51,894 bases of DNA from Candidatus Eiseniibacteriota bacterium (GCA_014729815.1 WJJG01000349.1:1-51894), one strand, 5' to 3'. Positions 41,753-49,434 are shown, counted from the stretch's first letter. A program made the numbers and translations. The notes: generated by a model not told the origin, from the letters alone.

Positions 41753-42046
41753 GTGCGCCTCTGGCACGTCTTGCGGTTCTCCCGCTCAGGGGTCGGGCGC
41801 CCCCCTGGGGGATGGCACGTCGCACATCTCCCGCAATGCGACACCTTCGCAATCGCGAGGTGCTCGAGACATCTTCGATGGGGGGAGCGTCCGGTGCAGC
41901 CCAGCGCGTCCGCCGGGCCGCGATCTGGCCGGTGGCGCGGAGGAGGAGACGATCTCTGCAGCATCCACGTCCACGATCCGCACCGCGTCTGCCTTCGGTG
42001 GAGAAAGGACCATGCCGAAGAAGCCGAAATCACGGACGACCACTAG
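41753..42046 (+). CDS. higB: Degenerate HigB-like (RelE/ParE superfamily, 'plasmid maintenance system killer' type) toxin homologue, possibly inactive
   Basis: The frame is that of ORF 41678..42046. Possible starts are GTG 41753 or TTG 41771. The C-terminal half ..AGPRSGRWRGGGDDLCSIHVHDPHRVCLRWRKDHAEEAEITDDH-stop aligns by eye with the family pattern ..PPGNRLEALKGDRKGQ.SIRINDQWRICFRW.DG.A.DVEIVDYH. Several conserved positions are replaced: SIR to SIH, DYH to DDH. Confidence 0.4.
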   Translation: MRLWHVLRFSRSGVGRPPGGWHVAHLPQCDTFAIARCSRHLRWGERPVQPSASAGPRSGRWRGGGDDLCSIHVHDPHRVCLRWRKDHAEEAEITDDH

Positions 42047-42336
42047 GCGCGCGCGAAGCCGTCGCCCGCGACGACGCATCCCGCGAAGCGAACACCGCCG
42101 CCTTCCCAGCGAACGCCCCCACGCACCCTGGTGAGATGCTCCGCGAAGCGTTCCTCGAGCCGCTCGGCATCACCCAGACAGAGATGGCCACACATCTCGG
42201 GATCTCCTTCCAGTGGCTCAATGAGATCGTGCGCGGGCGACGCGGCGTCACCTCTGGCACCGCTTCGCGGCTCGAGCGCGTCCTTGGCGCCTCGGTCGGA
42301 TTCTGGCTGGGGCTGCGGCAGGACCGGGACCTCTGA
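41998..42336 (+). CDS. higA: HigA-family antitoxin (XRE-type HTH)
   Basis: THPGEMLREAFLEPLGITQTEMATHLGISFQWLNEIVRGRRGVTSGTASRLERVLGASVGFWLGLRQDRDL matches the HigA/VapI pattern (HPGE.L.E.FL.PLG.sq..lA..lGvs...i.eiv.G.r.it.d.AlrL...fG.s.efWlnLQ..yDL). The only in-frame start downstream of 41880 and upstream of HPGE is GTG 41998. That start overlaps the higB-like ORF by 49 nt and gives an unusually long 41-aa N-terminal extension. Confidence 0.7.
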   Translation: MEKGPCRRSRNHGRPLGAREAVARDDASREANTAAFPANAPTHPGEMLREAFLEPLGITQTEMATHLGISFQWLNEIVRGRRGVTSGTASRLERVLGASVGFWLGLRQDRDL

Positions 42337-42658
42337 CATGCGCTATGGGGAGCAAGGCCTCCGAGATCACCAAGCTTTGCGACTGCGAAGGCGCTGATCC
42401 TGGCAGTCGCATCCTACGCCCTGCGCACAGACGTCAATGTCCGAACGCCCGGAGGCGAGCATCCCCTGCAGGCGCCTCGTCTTCGCAGTCAACGGATGCG
42501 GCGCCCGGGGCATCCCGCCGGGTCGCCGATTCGGGCGCACGCCCTGGTCGGACGATGACCCGCTTCCCCTACTACACTCCGAATGCAGTATTCCCATCGG
42601 CCCGCGCAAGGCACCCGCAACGCACGAGCTGGGCAACCGATCTGTGGAGGAAGGACCC

Positions 42659-42979
42659 ATGTTCGGCTTCGACAACATCCTCTGGTTCATCGTGATCTCG
42701 ATCCTGGTCATCATCCCCAACTGGCAGATCTTCAAGAAGGCCGGTTTCGATCCACGCCTGAGCCTGCTCGTCGTCGTCCCCATCGTGAACATCTGCCTGA
42801 TCTACTACGTGGCTTTCTCTCGCTGGCGTCCAAGAGCGGCTCAGTACCCCCGGGCCCGCGCCCACCTGCAGGCCGAAGGGCGCTTCCCATTGACCCCCCA
42901 GCCCTTCGCTGCTAGCATGCCTCCCCTACGCAGCTTCTGTCAGAGCAATCAGTTGCGGCGCTACACGGAGGTGCGCGCG
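42659..42979 (+). other. Two-TM small-membrane-protein module with its own strong RBS and ATG, in frame with the downstream DD-carboxypeptidase and with no intervening stop
   Basis: GGAGGAAGGA lies at 42646-42655, then ATG 42659. The product begins MFGFDNILWFIVISILVIIPNWQIFKKAGFDPRLSLLVVVPIVNICLIYYVAFSRW. An Arg-rich linker runs without a stop into Met at 42980. Confidence 0.5.
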
Positions 42980-44164
42980 ATGCGCAGATCGCATCTGGCC
43001 ACAGGCCTGATCCTGCCCGCTCTTCTCGTCGCGGCGGCCCTGCTGGCCCCGCTCCACACCCAAGCCCAGCTCCCGCCGGGGCCCGCCAACCACTGGCAGA
43101 TCGACATCACCCCGGTGCGGGCCGACGCCGCCATCCTGCTCGAGCCTTCGACCGGCCAGATCCTCTACGAGCAGGAGGCCGACCTACCCCACACCCCGGC
43201 CAGCATCGTCAAGCTGATGCTCGAGCTGCTGGTCGTCGAACGCCTGGCCGACGGCACCCTCTCGCTGGACGATTCGATCCGCACCTCGCGCGCGGCCAGC
43301 CAGATGGGCGGCTCGCAGGTCTATCTGGCCGAGGGCGAGGTTTTCGCGCTCGATGACCTCATGCGCGCGATCACGATCGCCTCGGCCAACGACGCCTGCG
43401 TGGCCGTGGCCGAACACGTCGCCGGCACCGAAGAGGGCTTCGTCGATCTAATGAACCAGCGCGCGCGCCAACTCGGGCTGACCAACACGCACTACGTCGA
43501 CTGCACCGGCCTCGAGGACGATCCCGATGACGGCAACATCAGCACCGCGCGCGATATCGCCGCCACCGCCCAGCGCCTGATCGACTACCCCCACATCCTG
43601 GCCTGGTCGGCGATCGAGGTGGCCCCCTTCCGCGACGGCAAGTTCACCCTGTACAACACCAACAAGCTGCTCGGACGCTTCTCCGGCCTCGACGGCCTCA
43701 AGACCGGCTACACCGAGCACGCCGGCTACTGCCTCTGCGCCACCGCCGAGCGCGGCGGACTGCGCATGGTCTCCGTCGTCCTCGGCGCCGAATCCGAAGA
43801 AGCACGCTTCGAGGAGACCGCCCGCCTGCTCGGCTCCGGCTTCGCCCAGCTGCGTCGCGAGACGCTGGCGCGGCGGGGCGAGGCGCTGCCCGGGGAGGTG
43901 ACGATCTCCGGCGGCCATCCCAAGCGGGTCGGGGCGGTCCTGGGCGAAGACCTGACCGCCGTGCTCCCGCGCGGTGTGGAAGCCCCCGCCCTGCATCTGG
44001 TGCCCTACGGGGAGCTGCGTGCTCCGGTGGCCAAGGGCGATACGATCGGTCTGGCCGAGGTGCGCATCGGAGGGACCGGGCCGGTGCAGGTGCCGGCCCT
44101 CGCCGCAGCGTCCGTCGCCAAGGCCAACATCTTCCAGCAGCTCATCGGGCTCTTTCAGAAGTAG
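42980..44164 (+). CDS. D-alanyl-D-alanine carboxypeptidase (peptidase S11, PBP5/6-like)
   Basis: ATG 42980 with GGAGG at 42967-71. Signal peptide: MRRSHLATGLILPALLVAAALLAPLHTQAQ. SxxK: PASIVKLM. SxN: ASANDAC. KTG: LKTGYT. It has a PBP5-type C-terminal beta domain and an amphipathic tail, ANIFQQLIGLFQK. The translated product may instead start at 42659 (see the 42659-42979 feature). Confidence 0.88.
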   Translation: MRRSHLATGLILPALLVAAALLAPLHTQAQLPPGPANHWQIDITPVRADAAILLEPSTGQILYEQEADLPHTPASIVKLMLELLVVERLADGTLSLDDSIRTSRAASQMGGSQVYLAEGEVFALDDLMRAITIASANDACVAVAEHVAGTEEGFVDLMNQRARQLGLTNTHYVDCTGLEDDPDDGNISTARDIAATAQRLIDYPHILAWSAIEVAPFRDGKFTLYNTNKLLGRFSGLDGLKTGYTEHAGYCLCATAERGGLRMVSVVLGAESEEARFEETARLLGSGFAQLRRETLARRGEALPGEVTISGGHPKRVGAVLGEDLTAVLPRGVEAPALHLVPYGELRAPVAKGDTIGLAEVRIGGTGPVQVPALAAASVAKANIFQQLIGLFQK

Positions 44165-44211
44165 GCGGGGGACGCGGCGCAGCGATCTGCCGAAGCAGGC
44201 CGGAGACCGAC

Positions 44212-44531
44212 TCACCGGCGCCGCCGCCAAGCCTCCTCAGAGGCCTTCTCCTCCCCCGTGCCATGGGAGAAGTGCATCTGCACGATCACCCAGCGCTCAT
44301 CGCGCTTCTCCAGCACGCCCCCTTCTCCTGCGCCCATCCGATCGAGTCATCGATCACCCGCGCGATGGTTTCCCTCTCGGCCGTCTGCTCGGCCTCCTTT
44401 CTCGCCTGCGCTTCGAGCTGGTTCTCGGCGTTCACATCGGCCTCCCTTTCCGCACTGCACGAGGGCCGGGTTGGCAGAAGAAGTACGGATAGAGCCAGGG
44501 TCACTCCGGGGAACTTCGTCGCATCCTCCAC
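44212..44531 (-). pseudogene. Remnant of a SnoaL/DUF4440-like lipoprotein gene with an internal deletion and frameshift
   Basis: The N-terminal piece (frame of ORF 44286..44723, GTG 44529-44531) reads MEDATKFPGVTLALSVLLLPTRPSCSAEREADVNAEN..ETIARVIDDSIGWAQEKG and then stops after 12 more codons. A different frame continues GVLEKRDERWVIVQMHFSHGTGEEKASEEAWRRRR-stop (stop at 44212-14), which looks like the C-terminal strand of the same fold. The expected ~80 middle residues are missing. Confidence 0.4.
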
Positions 44532-44757
44532 GGCCTTCACCAGCGGACGATCCCCCGGCAGCCCGCTTTCCCGAGTCGCACAGCCGGCCCCTACAGAAGA
44601 AGGGCCGGGATGCGGCAGGTTCTCCACGCACGAAACTCGACCCCTGCTGGCCGCTCGAGCATGCGCGGCCAGCCTACGCGCCAACGAGCCAGACCAGCCT
44701 GCGCGCCGCCCCGGTAGCTGCAAGCCCCAGCGCGAGGCGCTCTTGCGCGCACGCGGA

Positions 44758-44796
44758 TTGACAGCCCGGCTCGCAACCTGCTACTGTTGTTACAAT
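44758..44796 (+). promoter_or_regulatory. Candidate sigma-70-type promoter in an AT-richer patch upstream of the beta-helix CTD protein gene
   Basis: TTGACA (44758-63), an 18-nt spacer, then TACTGT (44782-87). An extended -10-like TGtTACAAT also lies at 44788-96. It is 55-95 nt upstream of ATG 44852. Confidence 0.3.
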
Positions 44797-44851
44797 TAGC
44801 CCGCCCGAGAAACCGGCGGATCGGATCTCGACTCGACACCAGGAGCCTGCC

Positions 44852-46696
44852 ATGACCTCGTCGAACCGTTGCAGCCTGATCCCCCTGATCTTGTGGGCCT
44901 CGATCCTGGCCTTGGTCGCGCTGGTCGCTTCCGCCGCCTTCGCCGAACAGGTCACCTGGAGCGGCGCTGGGGGCAACCAGAACTGGGACAACCCCGACAA
45001 CTGGGACGGCGGCCGCGTGCCCGGCCTGCAGGATGATGTCACCATCCCGGCCGACACGCCGACCTGCAACGTCAACACGGCTGTCGATGTCAACAGCCTC
45101 ACCAACGCCGGTGGCATGACGTCCACCGGATACGTCACGATCAGTTCCTTCGGCCCGGTGCAGAACAGCGGCAACATGGATGCCGGCGGACATCTCTCGA
45201 TCGGTTGCGCATCGGGGGATTTCACGAACTCTGGCACGGTGACGGGCGGGTCGGTGGACGTCAACGCGTCGAACGTGGCCAATCAGGGTTCCATCGTATC
45301 CGACGGATCCGATGTCGATCCGCTCGATCATGGTATCGTCATCGAAGCCAACCACGACTTCAGCAACGAGGGCAGCATCTTCTGTGGCGCCACGGATACC
45401 AACGGAGATGCCTCGAGCTGCTTCCTCAAGGCCTGGGAGACCTTCGACAACTATAGCGACATCGCCACCGCGCATGGTCAGGGCACTGGCAACGGCGGTG
45501 ATCTGGTCATCGTCGGTATAGGTGAGATCCGTCAACATCCGTTCAGCACGATCTATGCTGGCAATGCGGGACCCGAAGGGTCCCACGCCGGTGAGCTGAG
45601 ACTCCTGGGACGCACCGTGCGCATGTCCGGCTCGGCCAAGAGCGGCGATTCCGACGATAAGCTGCGCGAGGGCGCGGCATCGGAAGCGCGAGCGGGCGGC
45701 GACCTCACGCTGGCGGGTCATGACCGTCCCCTGGGCGGCATCGAGGTGATCGGCCGCACGATCGAGATCCATATGGGCAGCACCGAGCGCGCCCTCGAGG
45801 GCGCCGGGATCCACCTGCGCGGGCGCTTCTTCGACATCCACGATCTGACGCGCTTCGGGGCGATCTACTCCTACCAGGACGAGATCCAGTTCTACTCCTG
45901 CCCCTGCGGCGAGGTCGACTTCTCTGGCACCCACACCGACGGCGCCATCTTCGCCTGGCAGAGCAGCGTCGGCATCCACACGCCGGTCCTGATCGAGCCG
46001 GCCGAAGGGATCGACTACATCATCGAGCCCGATCCGATCATCGAAGATGTCGATCCTTCCTGGATCGACAGCTACGCGCACGTCCCCACGCCGATGGCGC
46101 CGGCGGGCACGGTCGACTCCTTCGAGGTCAAGTACCAGAACCTCTGCACCGAGCCCCAGCTCCTCGAGTTCGAGATCTCCTCGGCCTTCGGCTGGGTCAC
46201 CGCCGATACCACCAGCGCCGACTTGCGCTCCTTCGATTTCGACAGCCTCTTCGTGCACTTCCAGATCCCTCCGGGCACCCCCTCGGGCACCGAGGACGAG
46301 ATCACCGTCACGATCACGATCGATCCCGACTACGAAGAGCAGTTCACCGCTTCCCTGGTCGTCTTCCCCGGCGACGACTCGGGCGTGGACGATCCGCTGC
46401 CGACCGCACGACTCGCCCTGCGCGCCACACCGATGCCGTTCACCTCTTCGTGCCAGATCTTCGCGCGCGACAGCTTCCGGCCGATCGAGGCGCTGCGCAT
46501 CCACGATCTCGCGGGGCGGAGGGTCTGGTCCTGGAAGGCGGAGGGTGCCGCTGCGAATGGCGGCGGTCACGCCCGCGGGGGGGCGAGCGGGCCGGTCACC
46601 TGGCGTCCCGACCCCTCGCTGCCCGGCGGCGTCTACATCGTTACCGCACGCGCGGGCGATGCGCGGCTCGGGGGCAGGCTGGTCTACGTGCGATAG
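44852..46696 (+). CDS. Exported beta-helix/adhesin-like protein with FlgD-Ig/T9SS-type CTD
   Basis: ATG 44852 with AGGAG at 44841-45. Signal peptide: CSLIPLILWASILALVALVASAAFAEQ. The N-terminal VTWSGAGGNQNWDNPDNWDGGRVPGLQDDVTIPAD resembles autotransporter-associated beta-strand repeats. Gly/Asn/Ser-rich beta-helix-like repeats follow. The CTD ..ALRIHDLAGRRVWSW..(Gly-rich insertion)..PGGVYIVTARAGD..RLVYVR is divergent. Confidence 0.75.
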   Translation: MTSSNRCSLIPLILWASILALVALVASAAFAEQVTWSGAGGNQNWDNPDNWDGGRVPGLQDDVTIPADTPTCNVNTAVDVNSLTNAGGMTSTGYVTISSFGPVQNSGNMDAGGHLSIGCASGDFTNSGTVTGGSVDVNASNVANQGSIVSDGSDVDPLDHGIVIEANHDFSNEGSIFCGATDTNGDASSCFLKAWETFDNYSDIATAHGQGTGNGGDLVIVGIGEIRQHPFSTIYAGNAGPEGSHAGELRLLGRTVRMSGSAKSGDSDDKLREGAASEARAGGDLTLAGHDRPLGGIEVIGRTIEIHMGSTERALEGAGIHLRGRFFDIHDLTRFGAIYSYQDEIQFYSCPCGEVDFSGTHTDGAIFAWQSSVGIHTPVLIEPAEGIDYIIEPDPIIEDVDPSWIDSYAHVPTPMAPAGTVDSFEVKYQNLCTEPQLLEFEISSAFGWVTADTTSADLRSFDFDSLFVHFQIPPGTPSGTEDEITVTITIDPDYEEQFTASLVVFPGDDSGVDDPLPTARLALRATPMPFTSSCQIFARDSFRPIEALRIHDLAGRRVWSWKAEGAAANGGGHARGGASGPVTWRPDPSLPGGVYIVTARAGDARLGGRLVYVR

Positions 46697-46700
46697 CGCA

Positions 46701-46718
46701 GCGGGCGGGCTGGCCCGC
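46701..46718. terminator. GC hairpin between convergent genes (possible bidirectional terminator)
   Basis: gcgggc (46701-06), loop gggctg, gcccgc (46713-18). It lies 5 nt after the stop at 46696 and ~105 nt from the convergent stop at 46824. No U-tract. Confidence 0.2.
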
Positions 46719-46823
46719 GCCGGGCGATGCGGCTAGCCCCTCGGCCCCAGTACGCGTGCCAGGGCGCGGGCCCGTGTGCGCTGACCTGGCTCCTATGCGC
46801 GGACGTGTGAGAGAAAGTGCGCC

Positions 46824-47603
46824 CTAGTGAAGGATCAGCACGCGCGCACAGTCCCAGCGTGCACCTTGCCGCACCATCCAGAAGTAGAGGCCGGCGGGCG
46901 CATGCAATGGGTCGGCGAACACCTCACCCTCGGAGCCCGGGGATCGCGTCCCCTGCCAGACGCGCCGGCCATCCGGCCCGTAGAGCGCCAGCGAGATCGG
47001 CTTGACCCCTTGCGGGCAGAGACGGATCGAAGATGCCCCGCGCACCACGCTCGGCACGTGATCGATCAGGCGTTTACTGGGTCGCTCTGCCGATTCCTCA
47101 TCGATTGCTTGCGGTCCGTGCACGATGGTCACCCGCCCATCGTGGGTCTCGGTTTCCGGGCTGCCCTCGTTCAGCGTGGCGGCGAGCTCGATCACGCTCT
47201 CTGATCCGGGGGGGCCGACCGCTAGGAAGGACACACTCGCCAACGATCCCTCGCCGCTCGCCTCACCGGGGCTGATGATCAGGATCGTCAGCCGGCGCAG
47301 CCCGCCCCCGGCGTCCTCGTCCGTCCATGTCAACAGCGCCTCCGGCGGCCAGACGCTGCCCAGCGTGGGCTCGCCCGAGCAGATGATCACATCACTGCAG
47401 TAGATCAGCTCCAACCGGCTCGAGAGGACGAAGAGTTCCGTCAGGTCGGACACCTCGATCGGGATCGTGAGGCTCTCGCCATCGGTGATCTCGTGCTCGC
47501 CGATCGCGACGTCGACGACCTGTGCAGCAGCGATGCCCGAAGCGCCCGAGAGACACAGCAGCATCGCGACCCATGCCAGCATGCGTCGCTCGTTGCGAAA
47601 CAT
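46824..47603 (-). CDS. Exported cohesin-like domain protein with (divergent) FlgD-Ig/T9SS-type CTD
   Basis: ATG 47601-47603 with GAGGAGGAG upstream. Signal peptide: MLAWVAMLLCLSGASGIAAAQ. VVDVAIGEHEITDGESLTIPIEVSDLTELFVLSSRLELIYCSDVI..GSLASVSFLAVGPPGSESVIELAATLNEG..DGRVTIV follows the cohesin beta-sandwich pattern as I recall it. CTD: ..ISLALYGPDGRRVWQG..APAGLYFWMVRQG..RVLILH. Confidence 0.65.
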   Translation of the reverse strand: MFRNERRMLAWVAMLLCLSGASGIAAAQVVDVAIGEHEITDGESLTIPIEVSDLTELFVLSSRLELIYCSDVIICSGEPTLGSVWPPEALLTWTDEDAGGGLRRLTILIISPGEASGEGSLASVSFLAVGPPGSESVIELAATLNEGSPETETHDGRVTIVHGPQAIDEESAERPSKRLIDHVPSVVRGASSIRLCPQGVKPISLALYGPDGRRVWQGTRSPGSEGEVFADPLHAPAGLYFWMVRQGARWDCARVLILH

Positions 47604-47679
47604 GATCTCCTCCTCTAGGCGCGAGCGGCCCGGCGGGGGAGGGCATCCCCCGCCAGGTCCGCTGCCCCGCAGAATGGGT

Positions 47680-49434
47680 CTACCGGATCTTCAGCAGACG
47701 CTGCTCGAGAACCGTCTCCCCCGCGCGCAGACGGGCGAAATAGATCCCCGAACCCAGATCGATGCCGCGGTCGGCCCGACCATCCCAATCGATCGCATGG
47801 TCGCCGCTGCCCAGCGGCCCCGCGATGAGGGTGCGCACCCGCCGTCCGCTGACGTCGAAGATCGCCAGATCGACATCCATCGCCGCGCTGAGCGAGAAGT
47901 TCACGGTCGAGGTCGAGAACTCCTGCACCGGATTGGGCGAGGTATGGAATCCCGCAATCGGTCCCTTCTTCAGACCCGGCCGCAGTCCGTGCGCCAGGTC
48001 GTCGGCGGGCAGGAAGATCGACCCGTCGACCAGCGTAGCATCTAGCTGGATGTTGTCGAAGGCCACGAACTCCAGATCGATCGGCACCTCTCCGCCCGAA
48101 TCATCCCAGGTGAAGACGAGATCCGCGAGATGCTCGGGCATCGGCATGTAGTCGCCATAGGCGAAGACCAGCACGACCCGATCGCCCTCTTGATGCCAGC
48201 GCCAGTAGCCGAAGCCCGGCTCCTCGAAGCCCGGGGTCATCTCGACCAGAGTCACCCGCGAAGCATCGTAGTTGAAGCAAAGCGCCCCGCTGCGGATCTC
48301 CTCTACGCCACCGTCGACATTAATAGAGAGCGGCATGCCCTCGGTCCAGGCCAACTCCTCTGCAGTGACCGTGACGGGCACCGGATCATCAGTCAACAGT
48401 GGAGGTTCGTAGCCGCTGTAGCTGCCGTTCGGGTCGCCGACGAGCCACCACTCGATCGCGCGCTCGACGTTCTCGTCGACACATACGTCACAGCCGCCCA
48501 CGCATTCATGGATCCACTCCCCGGCGTGATTCTGGGGCGGGCCCGAGAAGCTGCCTGGGAAGAATCCATTGAAGATCCAGCGCATAACCAGGCCGGCGTC
48601 GTACTCGGTCACCGATCCGTTCTGGCTCACATCGCCGCATGTGATCTGGTCGGAGTTCCAGTTGGTGCCGTTGAGGACATGGTCCAGAATGAAGGAGACG
48701 TCATCCCAGTCGATGGCCATCTGAAACTCATCGAACTCGAAGTCCGCCTTGTACGGCGTGTACTCGTAGCAGCAGCCCGGACAAAGGACGAACTCAGCCC
48801 ACCCGCTTTCGTCCGTCATGCCGCCTTCTTCGTAGTCACACGTGTATCCGACCAGGTCCACGACAACGTCGGGCACCGGAACGCTCGGAGCGTTGTTCCA
48901 GTAGTAGCAGTGGATCCCCAGGTCGACCGGCGTGCCACCGTGCCAGGTCCCCGGTGTGGGCGTGCCACACAGGTGATCCTCGTTGAGGACGAACTCCGCA
49001 CCGCCATCCACCCAAATCGTGGATTCGGTGAAGCAGTCGGCACCTTCCCCTACGATGAACGCGAAGTCGAGAAAGCTCCCCGGACCCTCGAGAAACTCCC
49101 AGCCGCTCCAGAGATACCGCACCCAGCCGGCTCCGGAGCCAACTACCTCGAGCACGCCCTGCGGCTCACCGAGCTGGTTGGTGGGAATCGCGGAACCCGG
49201 GAGCGTCTCATCCAGGGTCAAGTACGTAGGATCCCAGTGTAGCGTGAACTGGAATGACAGAATGCTCTCCTCGCCAAAGTTCAGGTCATGCGGCGTGGAC
49301 ACGGTCAAAACGGCCGTCTCGCCCGGACCCGCATAGGTGTCATCGACGAACACCGGGAAGTCGTAACAGGCGCTGGCAGCCATCGGTCCTGCAATCATCA
49401 AGACCATGGCCATAGCGAACGCTTTGCTGCGCAT
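47680..49434 (-). CDS. Exported scaffoldin-like protein: cohesin-like, CarboxypepD_reg-like, dockerin-like and second cohesin-like modules, then a FlgD-Ig/T9SS-type CTD
   Basis: ORF 47680..49527, trimmed to ATG 49432-49434 with GAGGAGGG 8 nt upstream. Signal peptide: MRSKAFAMAMVLMIAGPMAASA. Cohesin-like: GETAVLTVSTPHDLNFGEESILSFQFTLHWDPTYLTLDE..GSFLDFAFIVGEG... Dockerin-like pair: IDWDDVSFILDHVLNG and CGDVSQNGSVTEYDAGLVMRWI. The second loop fits D-x-S-x-N-G-x-V-x-x-x-D. Second cohesin-like module: ..SGALCFNYDASRVTLVEMTPG..LADLVFTWDDSGGEVPIDLEFVAFDN... CTD: ..VDLAIFDVSGRRVRTLI..DWDGRADRGIDLGSGIYFARLRA..RLLKIR. Confidence 0.7.
   Translation of the reverse strand: MRSKAFAMAMVLMIAGPMAASACYDFPVFVDDTYAGPGETAVLTVSTPHDLNFGEESILSFQFTLHWDPTYLTLDETLPGSAIPTNQLGEPQGVLEVVGSGAGWVRYLWSGWEFLEGPGSFLDFAFIVGEGADCFTESTIWVDGGAEFVLNEDHLCGTPTPGTWHGGTPVDLGIHCYYWNNAPSVPVPDVVVDLVGYTCDYEEGGMTDESGWAEFVLCPGCCYEYTPYKADFEFDEFQMAIDWDDVSFILDHVLNGTNWNSDQITCGDVSQNGSVTEYDAGLVMRWIFNGFFPGSFSGPPQNHAGEWIHECVGGCDVCVDENVERAIEWWLVGDPNGSYSGYEPPLLTDDPVPVTVTAEELAWTEGMPLSINVDGGVEEIRSGALCFNYDASRVTLVEMTPGFEEPGFGYWRWHQEGDRVVLVFAYGDYMPMPEHLADLVFTWDDSGGEVPIDLEFVAFDNIQLDATLVDGSIFLPADDLAHGLRPGLKKGPIAGFHTSPNPVQEFSTSTVNFSLSAAMDVDLAIFDVSGRRVRTLIAGPLGSGDHAIDWDGRADRGIDLGSGIYFARLRAGETVLEQRLLKIR

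Noticed and set aside
41762-41776. TGGCACGTCTTGCGG, a sigma-54 promoter look-alike just downstream of the sigma-54 activator gene
   Set aside because: The GG-to-GC register is 10 nt instead of the strictly required 12 (TGGCAC-N5-TTGC), so it should not bind sigma-54 holoenzyme.
42012-42134. 40-codon Arg-rich ORF (MPKKPKSRTTTRRARSRRPRRR..) with a strong RBS
   Set aside because: It has no recognisable function and lies wholly inside the higB/higA overlap region. It is more likely the displaced original higA start (frameshift) than an independent gene. I discuss it under the higBA finding instead of calling it as a CDS.
44591-46570. 659-aa minus-strand ORF and the 370-aa plus-strand ORF at 48130-49242
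   Set aside because: They are shadow ORFs opposite the beta-helix CTD protein and the scaffoldin-like protein respectively, with no RBS or signal and a biased composition.
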